The notes beneath the pieces are model-generated. The model saw nothing but the letters and a program-made list of their open reading frames with translations, was not told where the DNA came from and ran no database searches. Position numbers and translations under genes: made by a program. Source: Alistipes sp. (GTDB lineage: Bacteria > Bacteroidota > Bacteroidia > Bacteroidales > Rikenellaceae). From it: a DNA stretch of 64,000 bases. The stretch covers positions 39,177-103,176 of the forward strand of contig JAZLDX010000025.1 of assembly GCA_045614985.1 (NCBI GenBank). The letters are read 5' to 3'. Below, piece after piece: positions 28,972 through 39,019 of the stretch (its first letter is position 1; every line of letters starts with the position of its first letter).

Positions 28972-29885
28972 AATCCGAATTCCAACATATACGCGAACTG
29001 CGCCCCTACCTAAGCGACCCCCCTGCTATGGCCGCCGGAGGAGCCGGGAAACGAGGCTACTTATACCTCGGTTTCGAATGCAACAGCCAAGGGAAGACTT
29101 TGTTGCGCCATTGGGAACGCCGCGCCCCGATGATCGTACAGCAGGCCCTCTACTTCGACGAACGCCTCCCCTCGATGGCTTGTGTCTATATGCTCTCGGC
29201 CGGCGGCCCGCAGGTGGATGGCGACCGCTACCGTTGCGAGGTGCATGCCGGAGCCCAAAGCGAGGTACACCTCTCGACGGGAGCCGCCACCAAGGTGGCT
29301 ACCATGCGCCACAACTTTGCCGCCTCAGAGCAGCATTTCAGGCTCGACGATGGGGCCTACATGGAGTATCTGCCCGAGCCGGTGATCCCGGCCCGCGGAG
29401 CCCGACTTTGGAGTCACACAGAACTTACGATCGCCCCCTCAGCCACCCTCTTCTATGGGGAGTGTTACCTCTCGGGGCGACACCACCACCTCGAAGAGCG
29501 ATTCCAGTACGACCTACTCTCACTCAATCTCCGGGCACAACGACCCTCGGGAGAGGAGCTTTTTTGCGAGAAAATTCTGCTCGAACCCGCGCGGCACACC
29601 CCCACGGGATTGGGGGTGATGGGTCGGTATGAACTCTTTGCCACGGCCCTAATCCTGACGCCTCCCCCACAACGCGAGGCAATCCTAAAACGGGTACGGG
29701 AGCTGATTGGCTTTCGGTCGGAGTGGGCTCTCGGGATCCTCCGCCTACCCTCTGATGCGGGGCTCGTCTGCCGCATCTTAAGCCGGCAGAGCGACGAAGC
29801 CAAGAGGCTGCTGCGCACCCTCTGCTCGGCCACGCGCGAGGTGATAAAGGGGGTTCCGATGCCCGAGGAGTTTCCCTGGCGATAG
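28968..29885 (+). CDS. ureD: Urease accessory protein UreD
   Basis: GTG start overlapping the ureG stop; [18 protein letters not shown]; ends PEEFPWR. Confidence 0.9.
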   Translation: MKSEFQHIRELRPYLSDPPAMAAGGAGKRGYLYLGFECNSQGKTLLRHWERRAPMIVQQALYFDERLPSMACVYMLSAGGPQVDGDRYRCEVHAGAQSEVHLSTGAATKVATMRHNFAASEQHFRLDDGAYMEYLPEPVIPARGARLWSHTELTIAPSATLFYGECYLSGRHHHLEERFQYDLLSLNLRAQRPSGEELFCEKILLEPARHTPTGLGVMGRYELFATALILTPPPQREAILKRVRELIGFRSEWALGILRLPSDAGLVCRILSRQSDEAKRLLRTLCSATREVIKGVPMPEEFPWR

Positions 29886-29933
29886 CCACCAAGTCGCAAC
29901 CAATATAAACGTAAAATTTAAAGACGTATCTCT

Positions 29934-30959
29934 ATGGAAAACAATCTTTCAACTGAAAATTCCCTGCGGGGAATGATCTGCGGCACCGGCCAAGTGATGT
30001 TTCAACAAAACCTTTGGTGCAGCCTGCTCTTTTTGATCGGTATCTTTTGGGGTGCCTGGGCCGAGGGACGGATCTCGGTGGCCTGGGGCGGATTGGTCGG
30101 ACTCATCGTCTCCTACCTCACGGGGCGTATCTTGGGGCTCAAAGCCGAAGAGGGCGAGCAGGGCTTGTGGGGTTTTAACGGCGTTTTGGTCGGTTGTGCA
30201 ATCATGACCTTCCTGAGAAGTACCCCGCTGACCTGGTGCATCCTCATCCTGGGAGCTGCCCACACGGTTTGGCTGCGCGAAGGATTGAACCGCATCATGG
30301 CCAAATGGAAAGTAAACTCGATGACCATGCCCTTTGTCCTGACCACCTGGATGTTGCTGCTTGCCGCACGCGGACTGAACGGGCTTCCGATCGAGGGGCT
30401 TTCGACTCCGATGTTCCCCCACGCCGCAACGGCCCACATCGCCACCGGACCGCTCCACCTGCTCCTCTATTGGCTGCGCGGCATCGGTCAAGTCTTTCTG
30501 ATCGACTCCTGGATCACGGGACTCTTCTTCCTGGCGGGCCTGATCGCCGCAAACGGCTGGTCGGCCTTTTGGGCCGCCTTCGCCTCAGCCCTCTCGCTCG
30601 CCGTGGCCCTGCTATTCGATGCGCCGGGATTGGGTATCAGCGAAGGACTCTACGGCTTCAGCCCCGTATTGACGGGCATTGCCTTGGGTTCGATCTTCTA
30701 CCACCCCTCATGGCGTTCGGCTCTCTGGGCCATTGTCGGCATTGTGATCACACTCTTTGCCCAGGCAGCCACCAATTCGCTGCTCTCTCCGCTGGGTCTA
30801 CCCTCACTCACGGCCCCCTTCTGTTTTGTTACCTGGGTATTCCTGCTCCCGATGTTTTCGCTCGAGAAGCACCCCTTCTCCAAAAAGAGAGAGACCCCCA
30901 GCCACGAGGCCGACCACTCGGATTGGAACCCCGCCCGCAAACCCCACCTCAAAGGATAG
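29934..30959 (+). CDS. Urea transporter (UT/Yut family channel)
   Basis: Duplicated halves: GQVMF...GLWGFNG...SMTMPF and GQVFL...GLYGFS...LPSLTAPF; about 10 TM segments. Confidence 0.9.
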   Translation: MENNLSTENSLRGMICGTGQVMFQQNLWCSLLFLIGIFWGAWAEGRISVAWGGLVGLIVSYLTGRILGLKAEEGEQGLWGFNGVLVGCAIMTFLRSTPLTWCILILGAAHTVWLREGLNRIMAKWKVNSMTMPFVLTTWMLLLAARGLNGLPIEGLSTPMFPHAATAHIATGPLHLLLYWLRGIGQVFLIDSWITGLFFLAGLIAANGWSAFWAAFASALSLAVALLFDAPGLGISEGLYGFSPVLTGIALGSIFYHPSWRSALWAIVGIVITLFAQAATNSLLSPLGLPSLTAPFCFVTWVFLLPMFSLEKHPFSKKRETPSHEADHSDWNPARKPHLKG

Positions 30960-30983
30960 TTGGCCTACACAAGGCCTTGCACA

Positions 30984-31014
30984 AAGCCCACCGGAGATTG
31001 TCCGGTGGGCTTGT
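30984..31014 (+). terminator. Hairpin closing the urease operon
   Basis: AAGCCCACCGGA-GATTG-TCCGGTGGGCTT. Confidence 0.65.
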
Positions 31015-31113
31015 CGGGTATAAATTTGCGTATTCGCGTTTTTTTTATTAGTTTTGTAAGTTAGAAAGCCCCCGCTTCGAAAACAAACAATACTAACAAT
31101 AAAAACAAAGGAC

Positions 31114-33126
31114 ATGGAAAACCAAAAAATGCAAAACTCCCTGCCGGAAAACGCCTATCGCGAACTCAAAGCCGGTGAAGAGTACAAACCCATGATGCCC
31201 GATACTCCCGCTCCGGTAGAGGTAACCCCCTACTCGGTGGGTATGGGTATTCTGATGGCCGTGATCTTCTCGGCCGCCGCCGCCTTCCTCGGCCTGAAGG
31301 TGGGTCAGGTCTTCGAGGCCGCCATCCCGATCGCCATCATCGCTGTAGGTGTGGGCTCAATTTTGGGAAAGAAGAACATGTTGGGCCAAAATGTGATCAT
31401 TCAGTCGATCGGAGCCTCGTCGGGCGTGATCGTAGCCGGTGCTATCTTTACCCTTCCGGCCCTCTACATCCTGGGGCTGGAGGCTCAATTCTATCAGGTC
31501 TTTCTCTCGTCGCTCCTGGGCGGTGTGTTGGGTATCGTCCTGATGATCCCCTTCCGTAAGTATTTCGTCAAGGAGATGCACGGCAAGTACCCCTTCCCGG
31601 AGGCTACGGCCACTACCGAGGTACTCGTATCGGGTGAGAAGGGTGGCAACCAAGCCAAACTGCTGGCCGTGGCCGGCCTTGTGGGAGGTCTCTACGACTT
31701 CGTGGTGGGCACCTTCGGTTTTTGGACCGACTCGATCTCCACGCGCATCTCGCAGTGGGGCGTGGCCTTGGCCGAGAAGCACAAAGTGGTCTTTGGTCTG
31801 AATACCTCGGCCGCTGTATTGGGTTTGGGTTACATCATCGGCCTGAAGTATGCCGTCATCATCACCGCTGGTTCGTGCCTCGTTTGGTTCTTCATCGTAC
31901 CGCTCGTAGGCTCGCTGGCCGAGTCGATCGACCCCTCGACGCTGATCGCTTCGTTGGGTGTTACGGCCAACCACATCCTCGAGAACCCCTCGCAGATCCT
32001 CACCCCCGAGAATCTCTACCAATACATTGGTCGTCCGATCGGTATTGGTGGTATCGCCATGGCCGGTCTGATCGGTATCGTGCGCCAGGCCGGCATCATT
32101 AAGTCGGCCCTCGGATTGGCCGTATCGGAGCTCGGAGGCAAGAAGACGGAGAGTGCCACGGAGGTACGCACGCAGCGTGATCTCTCGATGAAGTTGATCC
32201 TCTCGGTGCTCTGCGCCGCCCTGATCACCACCTTCATCTTCTTCCAATTTGGTGTGCTCAACAACTGGGGACAGTCGATCGTGGCCATTCTGATCGTCTT
32301 TGTGATCGCCTTCCTCTTTACGACCGTAGCGGCCAACGCCATCGCCATCGTGGGCTCGAACCCTGTATCAGGCATGACGCTCATGACGCTGATTCTCTCG
32401 TCGCTGGTCTTGGTCAGCGTGGGTCTGACGGGCAAGAGTGGCATGACGGCCGCCCTGATCATCGGTGGCGTGGTCTGCACCGCCCTCTCGATGGCTGGAG
32501 GTTTCATTACCGACCTCAAGATCGGTTACTGGCTCGGCACCTCGCCTCGCAAGCAGGAGGGTTGGAAGTTCCTCGGCACAGCCATCTCGGCCGCCACGGT
32601 AGCAGGCGTGATCCTGGTACTTAATGCCGCCTATGGCTTTGACACGGCCAACAACCCCGAGGCCCTGGTGGCTCCGCAAGCTAACGCCATGGCGGCCGTG
32701 ATCCAGCCCCTGATGACGGGAGGACAGACCCCCTGGGCCCTCTACTTCATCGGTGCCGCTTTGGCTCTCGTTCTGACGGCCATCGGTATCCCTGCCTTGG
32801 CCTTTGCTTTGGGTATGTTCATTCCGATGCACCTGAATGCCCCGCTGGTAGTGGGTGGCTTGGTTTCGTGGTTCGTATCGGGTCGCTCGAAGGATCAGGA
32901 ACTCAACAAGGCCCGCACGGATCGTGGTACGCTGATCGCCTCGGGCTTCATCGCCGGAGGTGCCCTGATGGGCGTGGTAAGTGCTGTACTGAAGTTCGCC
33001 GGCGTGGATTGGCGCCTGGCTGAGTGGGCTTCGTCGAATGCCGCCGAGTGGTGCGGTGTAGCGGCCTACCTCTGCCTGATTGGCTACTTCATCTGCCACA
33101 CCATGAAGGCCAAGAAGGAGGAGTAG
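31114..33126 (+). CDS. OPT-family oligopeptide transporter
   Basis: GLKVGQVFEAAIP, FPEATAT..VL, DLK.GY.LG..PR.Q, APQAN.M; multiple TM segments; TAGTTTTG promoter at 31049-31056. Confidence 0.92.
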   Translation: MENQKMQNSLPENAYRELKAGEEYKPMMPDTPAPVEVTPYSVGMGILMAVIFSAAAAFLGLKVGQVFEAAIPIAIIAVGVGSILGKKNMLGQNVIIQSIGASSGVIVAGAIFTLPALYILGLEAQFYQVFLSSLLGGVLGIVLMIPFRKYFVKEMHGKYPFPEATATTEVLVSGEKGGNQAKLLAVAGLVGGLYDFVVGTFGFWTDSISTRISQWGVALAEKHKVVFGLNTSAAVLGLGYIIGLKYAVIITAGSCLVWFFIVPLVGSLAESIDPSTLIASLGVTANHILENPSQILTPENLYQYIGRPIGIGGIAMAGLIGIVRQAGIIKSALGLAVSELGGKKTESATEVRTQRDLSMKLILSVLCAALITTFIFFQFGVLNNWGQSIVAILIVFVIAFLFTTVAANAIAIVGSNPVSGMTLMTLILSSLVLVSVGLTGKSGMTAALIIGGVVCTALSMAGGFITDLKIGYWLGTSPRKQEGWKFLGTAISAATVAGVILVLNAAYGFDTANNPEALVAPQANAMAAVIQPLMTGGQTPWALYFIGAALALVLTAIGIPALAFALGMFIPMHLNAPLVVGGLVSWFVSGRSKDQELNKARTDRGTLIASGFIAGGALMGVVSAVLKFAGVDWRLAEWASSNAAEWCGVAAYLCLIGYFICHTMKAKKEE

Positions 33127-33168
33127 CTCCTTTCAATTCAAAATTCAGAATTCATTTTTAATAGAAAT

Positions 33169-34386
33169 ATGCAACTAATCGATAGATTCCTGAAATATGT
33201 TTCGTTTGACACACAGTCGGACGAGAACAGCGAGACCTTCCCCTCAACCGAAAAACAGAAGGTTTTATTGAATTACCTCAAAGAGGAGATGGAGACCTTG
33301 GGACTGACTGAGGTAACAATGGACGAGTATGGCTATGTGATGGGTACAATTCCCGCCTCGGAGGGGTATGAAAATAGCCCCGTGATCGGCTTCATCGCCC
33401 ACGTCGACACAGCCCCCGACATGAGTGGCAAGGATGTAAAACCGCGCATTGTAGAGGATTACGACGGCGGCGACCTGATTCTCAACGGCCAGCTCACGAT
33501 GAAGGTTTCGGACTTCCCCGAACTCTCGTTCTTCAAGGGTCACACGCTCATTCACACCGACGGCACCACCCTGCTGGGCGCCGACGACAAGGCCGGTGTG
33601 GCCGAGATCATGTCGGCAGCCGAGTACCTGATGAGCCACCCCGAGCACAAACACGGTAAGATCCGCATCGGCTTTACGCCCGATGAGGAGATTGGTCGCG
33701 GAGTAGACTACTTCAATGTCGAAAAATTCGGGGCCGACTTCGCCTACACGATGGACGGCGGCTTCGAGGGCGAATTGGAGTACGAAAATTTCAACGCCGC
33801 AGGAGCCAAGATCCACATCCAGGGTCGCAATGTGCATCCGGGCGCAGCCAAGGGCAAGATGCTCAACGCCATCGATATTGCCTGCGAGCTGAACCAGCTG
33901 CTTCCCGCTACGCAGCGTCCGCAGTTCACCGAGGGCTACGAGGGCTTCTTCCACTGCGTAGGCTTCAAGGGTACGGTCGAGGAGGCCGACCTGCAATACA
34001 TCATCCGCGACCACGACATGGAGCTCTTCGAGAAGAAGAAGAACTTCATGGTGGCTTGTGTCGAGCACCTGAACCACAAGTACTCGGCCGGCATTGTGTC
34101 GCTCCAGATCAAGGATCAGTACTTCAACATGCGCAAGATGGTGGAGCCGCACCCTCAGGTTATCGAGAAGGCCAAGGAGGCAATGCGTATGGTGGATGTA
34201 GAGCCCATCGTGAAGCCCATTCGTGGCGGTACGGACGGTTCGCGTCTCTCTTTCATGGGACTGCCCTGCCCCAATCTCTTCACCGGTGGCATGAACTTCC
34301 ATGGCAAATTTGAGTACTGCTCGCTGACGACGATGCAGAAGGCCACGCAGGTAATCTTGAACCTGGCCTCGCTTTGGGCAAAATAG
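33169..34386 (+). CDS. pepT: Peptidase T (tripeptidase, M20B)
   Basis: RFLKYV..DTQSD, AHVDT, LGADDKAG, FTPDEEIG, IRGGTDG, N.HG..E. Confidence 0.95.
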   Translation: MQLIDRFLKYVSFDTQSDENSETFPSTEKQKVLLNYLKEEMETLGLTEVTMDEYGYVMGTIPASEGYENSPVIGFIAHVDTAPDMSGKDVKPRIVEDYDGGDLILNGQLTMKVSDFPELSFFKGHTLIHTDGTTLLGADDKAGVAEIMSAAEYLMSHPEHKHGKIRIGFTPDEEIGRGVDYFNVEKFGADFAYTMDGGFEGELEYENFNAAGAKIHIQGRNVHPGAAKGKMLNAIDIACELNQLLPATQRPQFTEGYEGFFHCVGFKGTVEEADLQYIIRDHDMELFEKKKNFMVACVEHLNHKYSAGIVSLQIKDQYFNMRKMVEPHPQVIEKAKEAMRMVDVEPIVKPIRGGTDGSRLSFMGLPCPNLFTGGMNFHGKFEYCSLTTMQKATQVILNLASLWAK

Positions 34387-34406
34387 TAGAACCTAATCGA
34401 ATAACA

Positions 34407-36332
34407 ATGAACCCCTATGGTTTCTTTAAGGTCGCAGGCGCCATTCCCGCAGTGCGGGTTGGCGACTGCGCCTTCTTGGCGGATCGCCACATCGAACTGA
34501 TCCGCCGAGCCACCGAGCGCGGTGCGGAACTTGTCGCCTTCCCTGAGCTCTCTCTCACTGGCTACACCTGTGGTGATCTCTTCCTGCAACCCAACCTCAT
34601 GCAGGCAGCAGAAAAAGCTCTTAAGGAGATCGTGCGGACTACAGCCGACTGCCCCATTGCAGCAGTGGTCGGCATGCCTATCGTAGCAGGAGGTCGCCGC
34701 TACAACTGCGCCGTAGCCTTCTCGCAAGGCGAAATTTTGGGCGTAGTGCCCAAGAGCTATCTCCCGAACTACGGAGAATTCTACGAACCTCGTTGGTTCG
34801 CTTCAGGGGCCAACATCAAGGGAAGTCTCGTAGAACTTTGTGGCCAGGAGGTCCCCTTCGGAGTGGATGTGATGCTCAAGATCAACGGGGTGGAGTGCGG
34901 CATAGAGATCTGTGAAGACCTGTGGGTACCCAATCCCCCCTCGGCAGCCCTTGCCCAGGGGGGTGCCCGCATCCTCATCAACCTCTCGGCATCGCCCGAG
35001 GTGGTGGGAAAGTATGCCTACCTACGCTCGCTTGTCAGTCAGCAGTCGGCCCGTCTTCGTGCAGGCTACCTCTATGTATCGTCGGGCTTCGGAGAATCCT
35101 CGACCGACCTGGTCTTCGGGGGCAACATCCTCATTGCCGACCAGGGCGAGTGGGTGGCCGAGAGCGAACGATTCTCTCTCGAGGAGCAGTTGCTTTGTGC
35201 CGAGATTGATGTGGAGCGCATCGAGGTGGAGCGCACGCGTACCAACACCTTTGCTCCTCTGCACAACGAAGCCTCCTTCCTGCTTTGTCCCTGTGCATTT
35301 GAGCCCAAAGAGAGCCCCTTCGAGCGAAAGATCAACCCCATGCCCTTCGTTCCGGCCAATGAAGCCACGCGCCACGCCCGATGCGAAGAGATCTTCCAAA
35401 TTCAAGCCATGGGATTGGCCAAACGCCTCGAACACACCCACTGCCGATCGGTGGTGCTGGGTATCTCGGGAGGTTTGGACTCAACCCTGGCCCTATTGGT
35501 CGTGGTCAAGGCATTCGACAAGTTGGGGCTCGACCGCCGAGGAATCTACGGCATCACGATGCCGGGCTTCGGCACGACGGATCGCACCTACCGCAATGCC
35601 CTCGACCTGATGGATCAGTTGGGCATCACACAGGCCGAGATCTCGATCGCCAAGGCGGTCAATCAACACTTCGCCGACATCGGACTCGACCCCGCAGACC
35701 GTTCGGCCACCTATGAAAATTCGCAGGCGCGCGAACGCACGCAGATCCTCATGGACTACGCCAACAAGGTGGGAGGCTTAGTGATCGGCACGGGCGACTT
35801 GAGCGAGTTGGCCCTGGGTTGGGCCACCTACAACGGCGACCACATGTCGATGTATGGAGTAAACGGCTCGATTCCCAAGACCCTGGTGCGCCACCTTGTG
35901 CGCACAGCAGCCGAGCAGTTGGGAGGTGAAGTCGAAAAGACCCTCTTGGATATTGTCGATACCCCCGTCAGCCCCGAACTGCTGCCGGCTGACGAGAAGG
36001 GCGAAATTGCGCAAAAGACCGAGGATTTAGTGGGTCCCTACGAGTTGCACGACTTCTTCCTCTATCACTTCATTCGACGCGGAGCCTCCCCCCGAAAACT
36101 CCTATTCCTCACGGATCAGGCCTTCGCGGGTCGCTACTCGCGTGAGGTGATTCTCCACTGGATGGAGGTCTTCTTCCGCCGCTTCTTCTCGCAGCAGTTC
36201 AAGCGTTCGGCACTGCCCGATGGCCCCCAGGTGGGCTCGGTGAGTCTCTCGCCGCGTGGCGACTGGCGCATGCCCTCGGATGCCTCGGCGGCAGTATGGT
36301 TGGCGGAAATAGAGACCTTGAAAAAGGAGTAG
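34407..36332 (+). CDS. nadE: Glutamine-dependent NAD+ synthetase
   Basis: Nitrilase domain (FPELSLTGY, VPK.YLPNY.EFYE, EICEDLW) plus synthetase domain (GISGGLDSTLA, GTGDLSE, SPEL). Confidence 0.96.
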   Translation: MNPYGFFKVAGAIPAVRVGDCAFLADRHIELIRRATERGAELVAFPELSLTGYTCGDLFLQPNLMQAAEKALKEIVRTTADCPIAAVVGMPIVAGGRRYNCAVAFSQGEILGVVPKSYLPNYGEFYEPRWFASGANIKGSLVELCGQEVPFGVDVMLKINGVECGIEICEDLWVPNPPSAALAQGGARILINLSASPEVVGKYAYLRSLVSQQSARLRAGYLYVSSGFGESSTDLVFGGNILIADQGEWVAESERFSLEEQLLCAEIDVERIEVERTRTNTFAPLHNEASFLLCPCAFEPKESPFERKINPMPFVPANEATRHARCEEIFQIQAMGLAKRLEHTHCRSVVLGISGGLDSTLALLVVVKAFDKLGLDRRGIYGITMPGFGTTDRTYRNALDLMDQLGITQAEISIAKAVNQHFADIGLDPADRSATYENSQARERTQILMDYANKVGGLVIGTGDLSELALGWATYNGDHMSMYGVNGSIPKTLVRHLVRTAAEQLGGEVEKTLLDIVDTPVSPELLPADEKGEIAQKTEDLVGPYELHDFFLYHFIRRGASPRKLLFLTDQAFAGRYSREVILHWMEVFFRRFFSQQFKRSALPDGPQVGSVSLSPRGDWRMPSDASAAVWLAEIETLKKE

Positions 36333-36367
36333 TTCACCCTTGTAATCACCCCAAAACAAAAGAAAAG

Positions 36368-36973
36368 ATGAAACGCATACTTCTTATTTTAGCCCTGCTG
36401 TCGGGCAGTGCCCACAATATGCAGGCTCAATCTTGGACAGAGATGCTGAAGAGCCTCTTCGGCATCGGCTCGCAGAAGGAGACCGAGTTGGTCCCCGAGG
36501 TGAAGCACATCACCGCCACGGAACTCGCCGCCACCTGGATCTTCGCAGACCCCGTCATCGTTTATACGGGCAGTGATCCCGTCGCCACCATGGCCGTCAG
36601 TGCCCTGGAGGGACAGATGGACGGCATCCTCCTCAAAGGAGGGGTACAGCGTGGCCGCGACCGCATTACCTTCAACAAGCGGGGTACAATGACCCTCGAG
36701 ATCAACGACTTCATCGGTGCCGGCAACTACCTCTACACCCCCTCGACGGGCGAGATTACGCTGACGCTCACCTCGAAGGAGAAGTCGCTGACAATCTCCG
36801 GGAAGACCGAGTACAAAGAGGGTGTCCTGACCCTAAAGTTCGATGCAGACAAGGCCCTTTCGGCCATCCAAGCCGCCGCGCCCTCGCTTGCCGAGAACGA
36901 CTATGTAAAGATCGCCTCCTCGATCATTTCGAGCTACCCGGGGATCGAAATCGGAGCCTCGTTTAAGCGATAG
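36368..36973 (+). CDS. Secreted protein, DUF4923-like (lipocalin-like)
   Basis: Signal peptide; L..TW....P; G.Y.Y...T..ITL; C-terminal G...G. Confidence 0.65.
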   Translation: MKRILLILALLSGSAHNMQAQSWTEMLKSLFGIGSQKETELVPEVKHITATELAATWIFADPVIVYTGSDPVATMAVSALEGQMDGILLKGGVQRGRDRITFNKRGTMTLEINDFIGAGNYLYTPSTGEITLTLTSKEKSLTISGKTEYKEGVLTLKFDADKALSAIQAAAPSLAENDYVKIASSIISSYPGIEIGASFKR

Positions 36974-36990
36974 CCTTTCAGCCAAACCAA

Positions 36991-37027
36991 AAAAATAGCC
37001 CGCCTAACGATGTTAGGCGGGCTATTT
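36991..37027. terminator. Terminator between convergent genes
   Basis: AAATAGCCCGCCTAAC-GAT-GTTAGGCGGGCTATTT. Confidence 0.8.
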
Positions 37028-37080
37028 CGTAGAGTATCAGAAGGAGATTAGCAGATCATCCGAAGCTCCCTACCCCGACT

Positions 37081-38193
37081 TTAGTTGTATTCGTAGGAGA
37101 CCGTCTCGCCGGGGGCACATACGGTGCAGTTCACCAAATGGAACTCGCCATCGCTGCCTCGTACCGAGGTCAGAACCATCGCCTTGCAATTCTCGGCCGC
37201 CCAGCTATCGACCAAAAGGGCCGCGGTGATGTAATTGACCGTCTCACCCGACTCCAAATCCCCGAGCTGGGCACCAAAAATACGGGTCGTCTTGTTGTCG
37301 CCAAGCATCTCGCGCAGGCAGTTGTGGTGAATATGGTGCCAGCTGGCTGTGGCTCCACTCTGATTCGACTGAATGTTATCCTCCAGGATCCAAACCGCCA
37401 CGCGGTAGTTGCCCGAAGTGGCCACCTTCAACCCCACGTTGATATAAAGACGCTTATCGATCAATGACACGGCGGCCGAGAGGCCGGCACCGGCCTCGTC
37501 CTTGTGGTGCTGGTCGATATAGCTCTTCACGGCCGAGATCTCATGCTCGTAGTCGGTTGTGTAATCGAAAGTAAGCCAGGGGTAGTAGCCATCGAGATTA
37601 AACTCTCGGGAAAGGAGGACGGCCGCCCCCGAGTAGGCCTTGTCGGTTTTGTTGTAGGAGTGCGATGCCACCTGATGGTAGAGCGAATTGTAGGCCTCAT
37701 CCTCCGAGAGGCTCTTCAAGAGGTTCATCATACGCGGGCAGTTCGGGCAGGCGTTGCCGGTGTGCTGCACCAAGAGCATGCGGTGCTTAAACGAAAAATT
37801 GCTTGGGTCGCTATCGGCCGGAAGCGAAGCAATACCGTGTACGGCCGAAACTTTGACCGTATTTGAACGATAGTTGTTGTAGTCGGCATTGAACGAGAAA
37901 TCGCCCTCCTCGAGCGAGGTAAAACGCAACTCCTCCAACTGAATCTTCTCGCCGTTGCAAAGCAATTCGGCCTGCTCTCCGATATCGTAGGTAAAACCCT
38001 TATCATCGGTAAAGAGGATACGGAAAGTAGCCACATCCTCCCCATCGGCATTGATATAGTTCTTATCGACCGAAAGGAGCACGCCTACCTTATTAACACT
38101 CTGACCTCCAGATGGTGCTCCCTGTCCATTGTCGGAATCTCCCCCACAAGCGGCCAAAAGGAACATTAGACTATAAAACAAAAGCTTTTTCAT
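37081..38193 (-). CDS. Omp28-related lipoprotein with thioredoxin-like CxxC
   Basis: Lipobox LAAC; MLLVQHTG.ACPNCP, YP, W.LED...Q...H.H. Confidence 0.75.
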   Translation of the reverse strand: MKKLLFYSLMFLLAACGGDSDNGQGAPSGGQSVNKVGVLLSVDKNYINADGEDVATFRILFTDDKGFTYDIGEQAELLCNGEKIQLEELRFTSLEEGDFSFNADYNNYRSNTVKVSAVHGIASLPADSDPSNFSFKHRMLLVQHTGNACPNCPRMMNLLKSLSEDEAYNSLYHQVASHSYNKTDKAYSGAAVLLSREFNLDGYYPWLTFDYTTDYEHEISAVKSYIDQHHKDEAGAGLSAAVSLIDKRLYINVGLKVATSGNYRVAVWILEDNIQSNQSGATASWHHIHHNCLREMLGDNKTTRIFGAQLGDLESGETVNYITAALLVDSWAAENCKAMVLTSVRGSDGEFHLVNCTVCAPGETVSYEYN

Positions 38194-38361
38194 AGATGTT
38201 GAATTTTAGTTCATTTTTGTTGTTTTCACAAAAATACAAAAATCTTTTTTTCTTGACAAAAAAATCGAAAGCTTTCGCAATAAGATTTACCCCTGAAACA
38301 AAAAACACTCCTCCACTCAATCGAGTGGAGGAGGTCATCCCATACAAGCCAAGAGCAGCAA

Positions 38362-39015
38362 TCAGAGTAAGAGCACCACCGAACTCATGATCAGGAAGCC
38401 TCCGGCATAACCGGCCAGGATTTGGGTGGCGGTATGGCAACCGAGCCATAGACGCGCTGAAGCCAACAGACCACTGCATAGCACAATTCCAATCAACGGA
38501 AGCAACATATCGCCGGCACCGGCCACCGCCAGCAGAACGAAGAAAGCGGTAGCTCCGCCCAACGCCGTCAGGTGCAGGCTGATCTTCCAGCGCAAGGTTA
38601 CCACCAGGCAGAAGAGTTGGCAGAGGGCTGCCCCAAACATCATCTTGTGGAGCAGTTGTGCCACGGGAAAGTTCAGCAAAGTCAAAGCACAAAGCAGATA
38701 GCAGACCGTGCCCAACATCAGGGGAAGAATGCGTTCGCGTCGATCGTCGATACGAAGCGAACTCAACCGCCCCAAGCGGCGCAAAAAGAGGAGCGAGAGC
38801 GTAGGAAGAGCCATTGTATAGAGCAAGAGCACCCCGAGGAGGTAGAGTTTGGTCGTGAGCGAGAGAAACGAGTAGAGGGTCGGGGTAAAAAGGAGTACAC
38901 AGAGGGCATAGAGGGGGATAAAGAAGGGGTGCAGCACCGTGGATATCCCATGTGCCAACCTCTCCTTTCGGGCCCAATCCAACTCCTTAAACCATCCCAT
39001 AATCACCCTTCTCAA
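38362..39015 (-). CDS. PAP2-like integral membrane protein
   Basis: About 6 TM segments; KISLH, ARL.LG.HT..Q...G. Confidence 0.7.
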   Translation of the reverse strand: MRRVIMGWFKELDWARKERLAHGISTVLHPFFIPLYALCVLLFTPTLYSFLSLTTKLYLLGVLLLYTMALPTLSLLFLRRLGRLSSLRIDDRRERILPLMLGTVCYLLCALTLLNFPVAQLLHKMMFGAALCQLFCLVVTLRWKISLHLTALGGATAFFVLLAVAGAGDMLLPLIGIVLCSGLLASARLWLGCHTATQILAGYAGGFLIMSSVVLLL

Positions 39016-39019
39016 AAAT

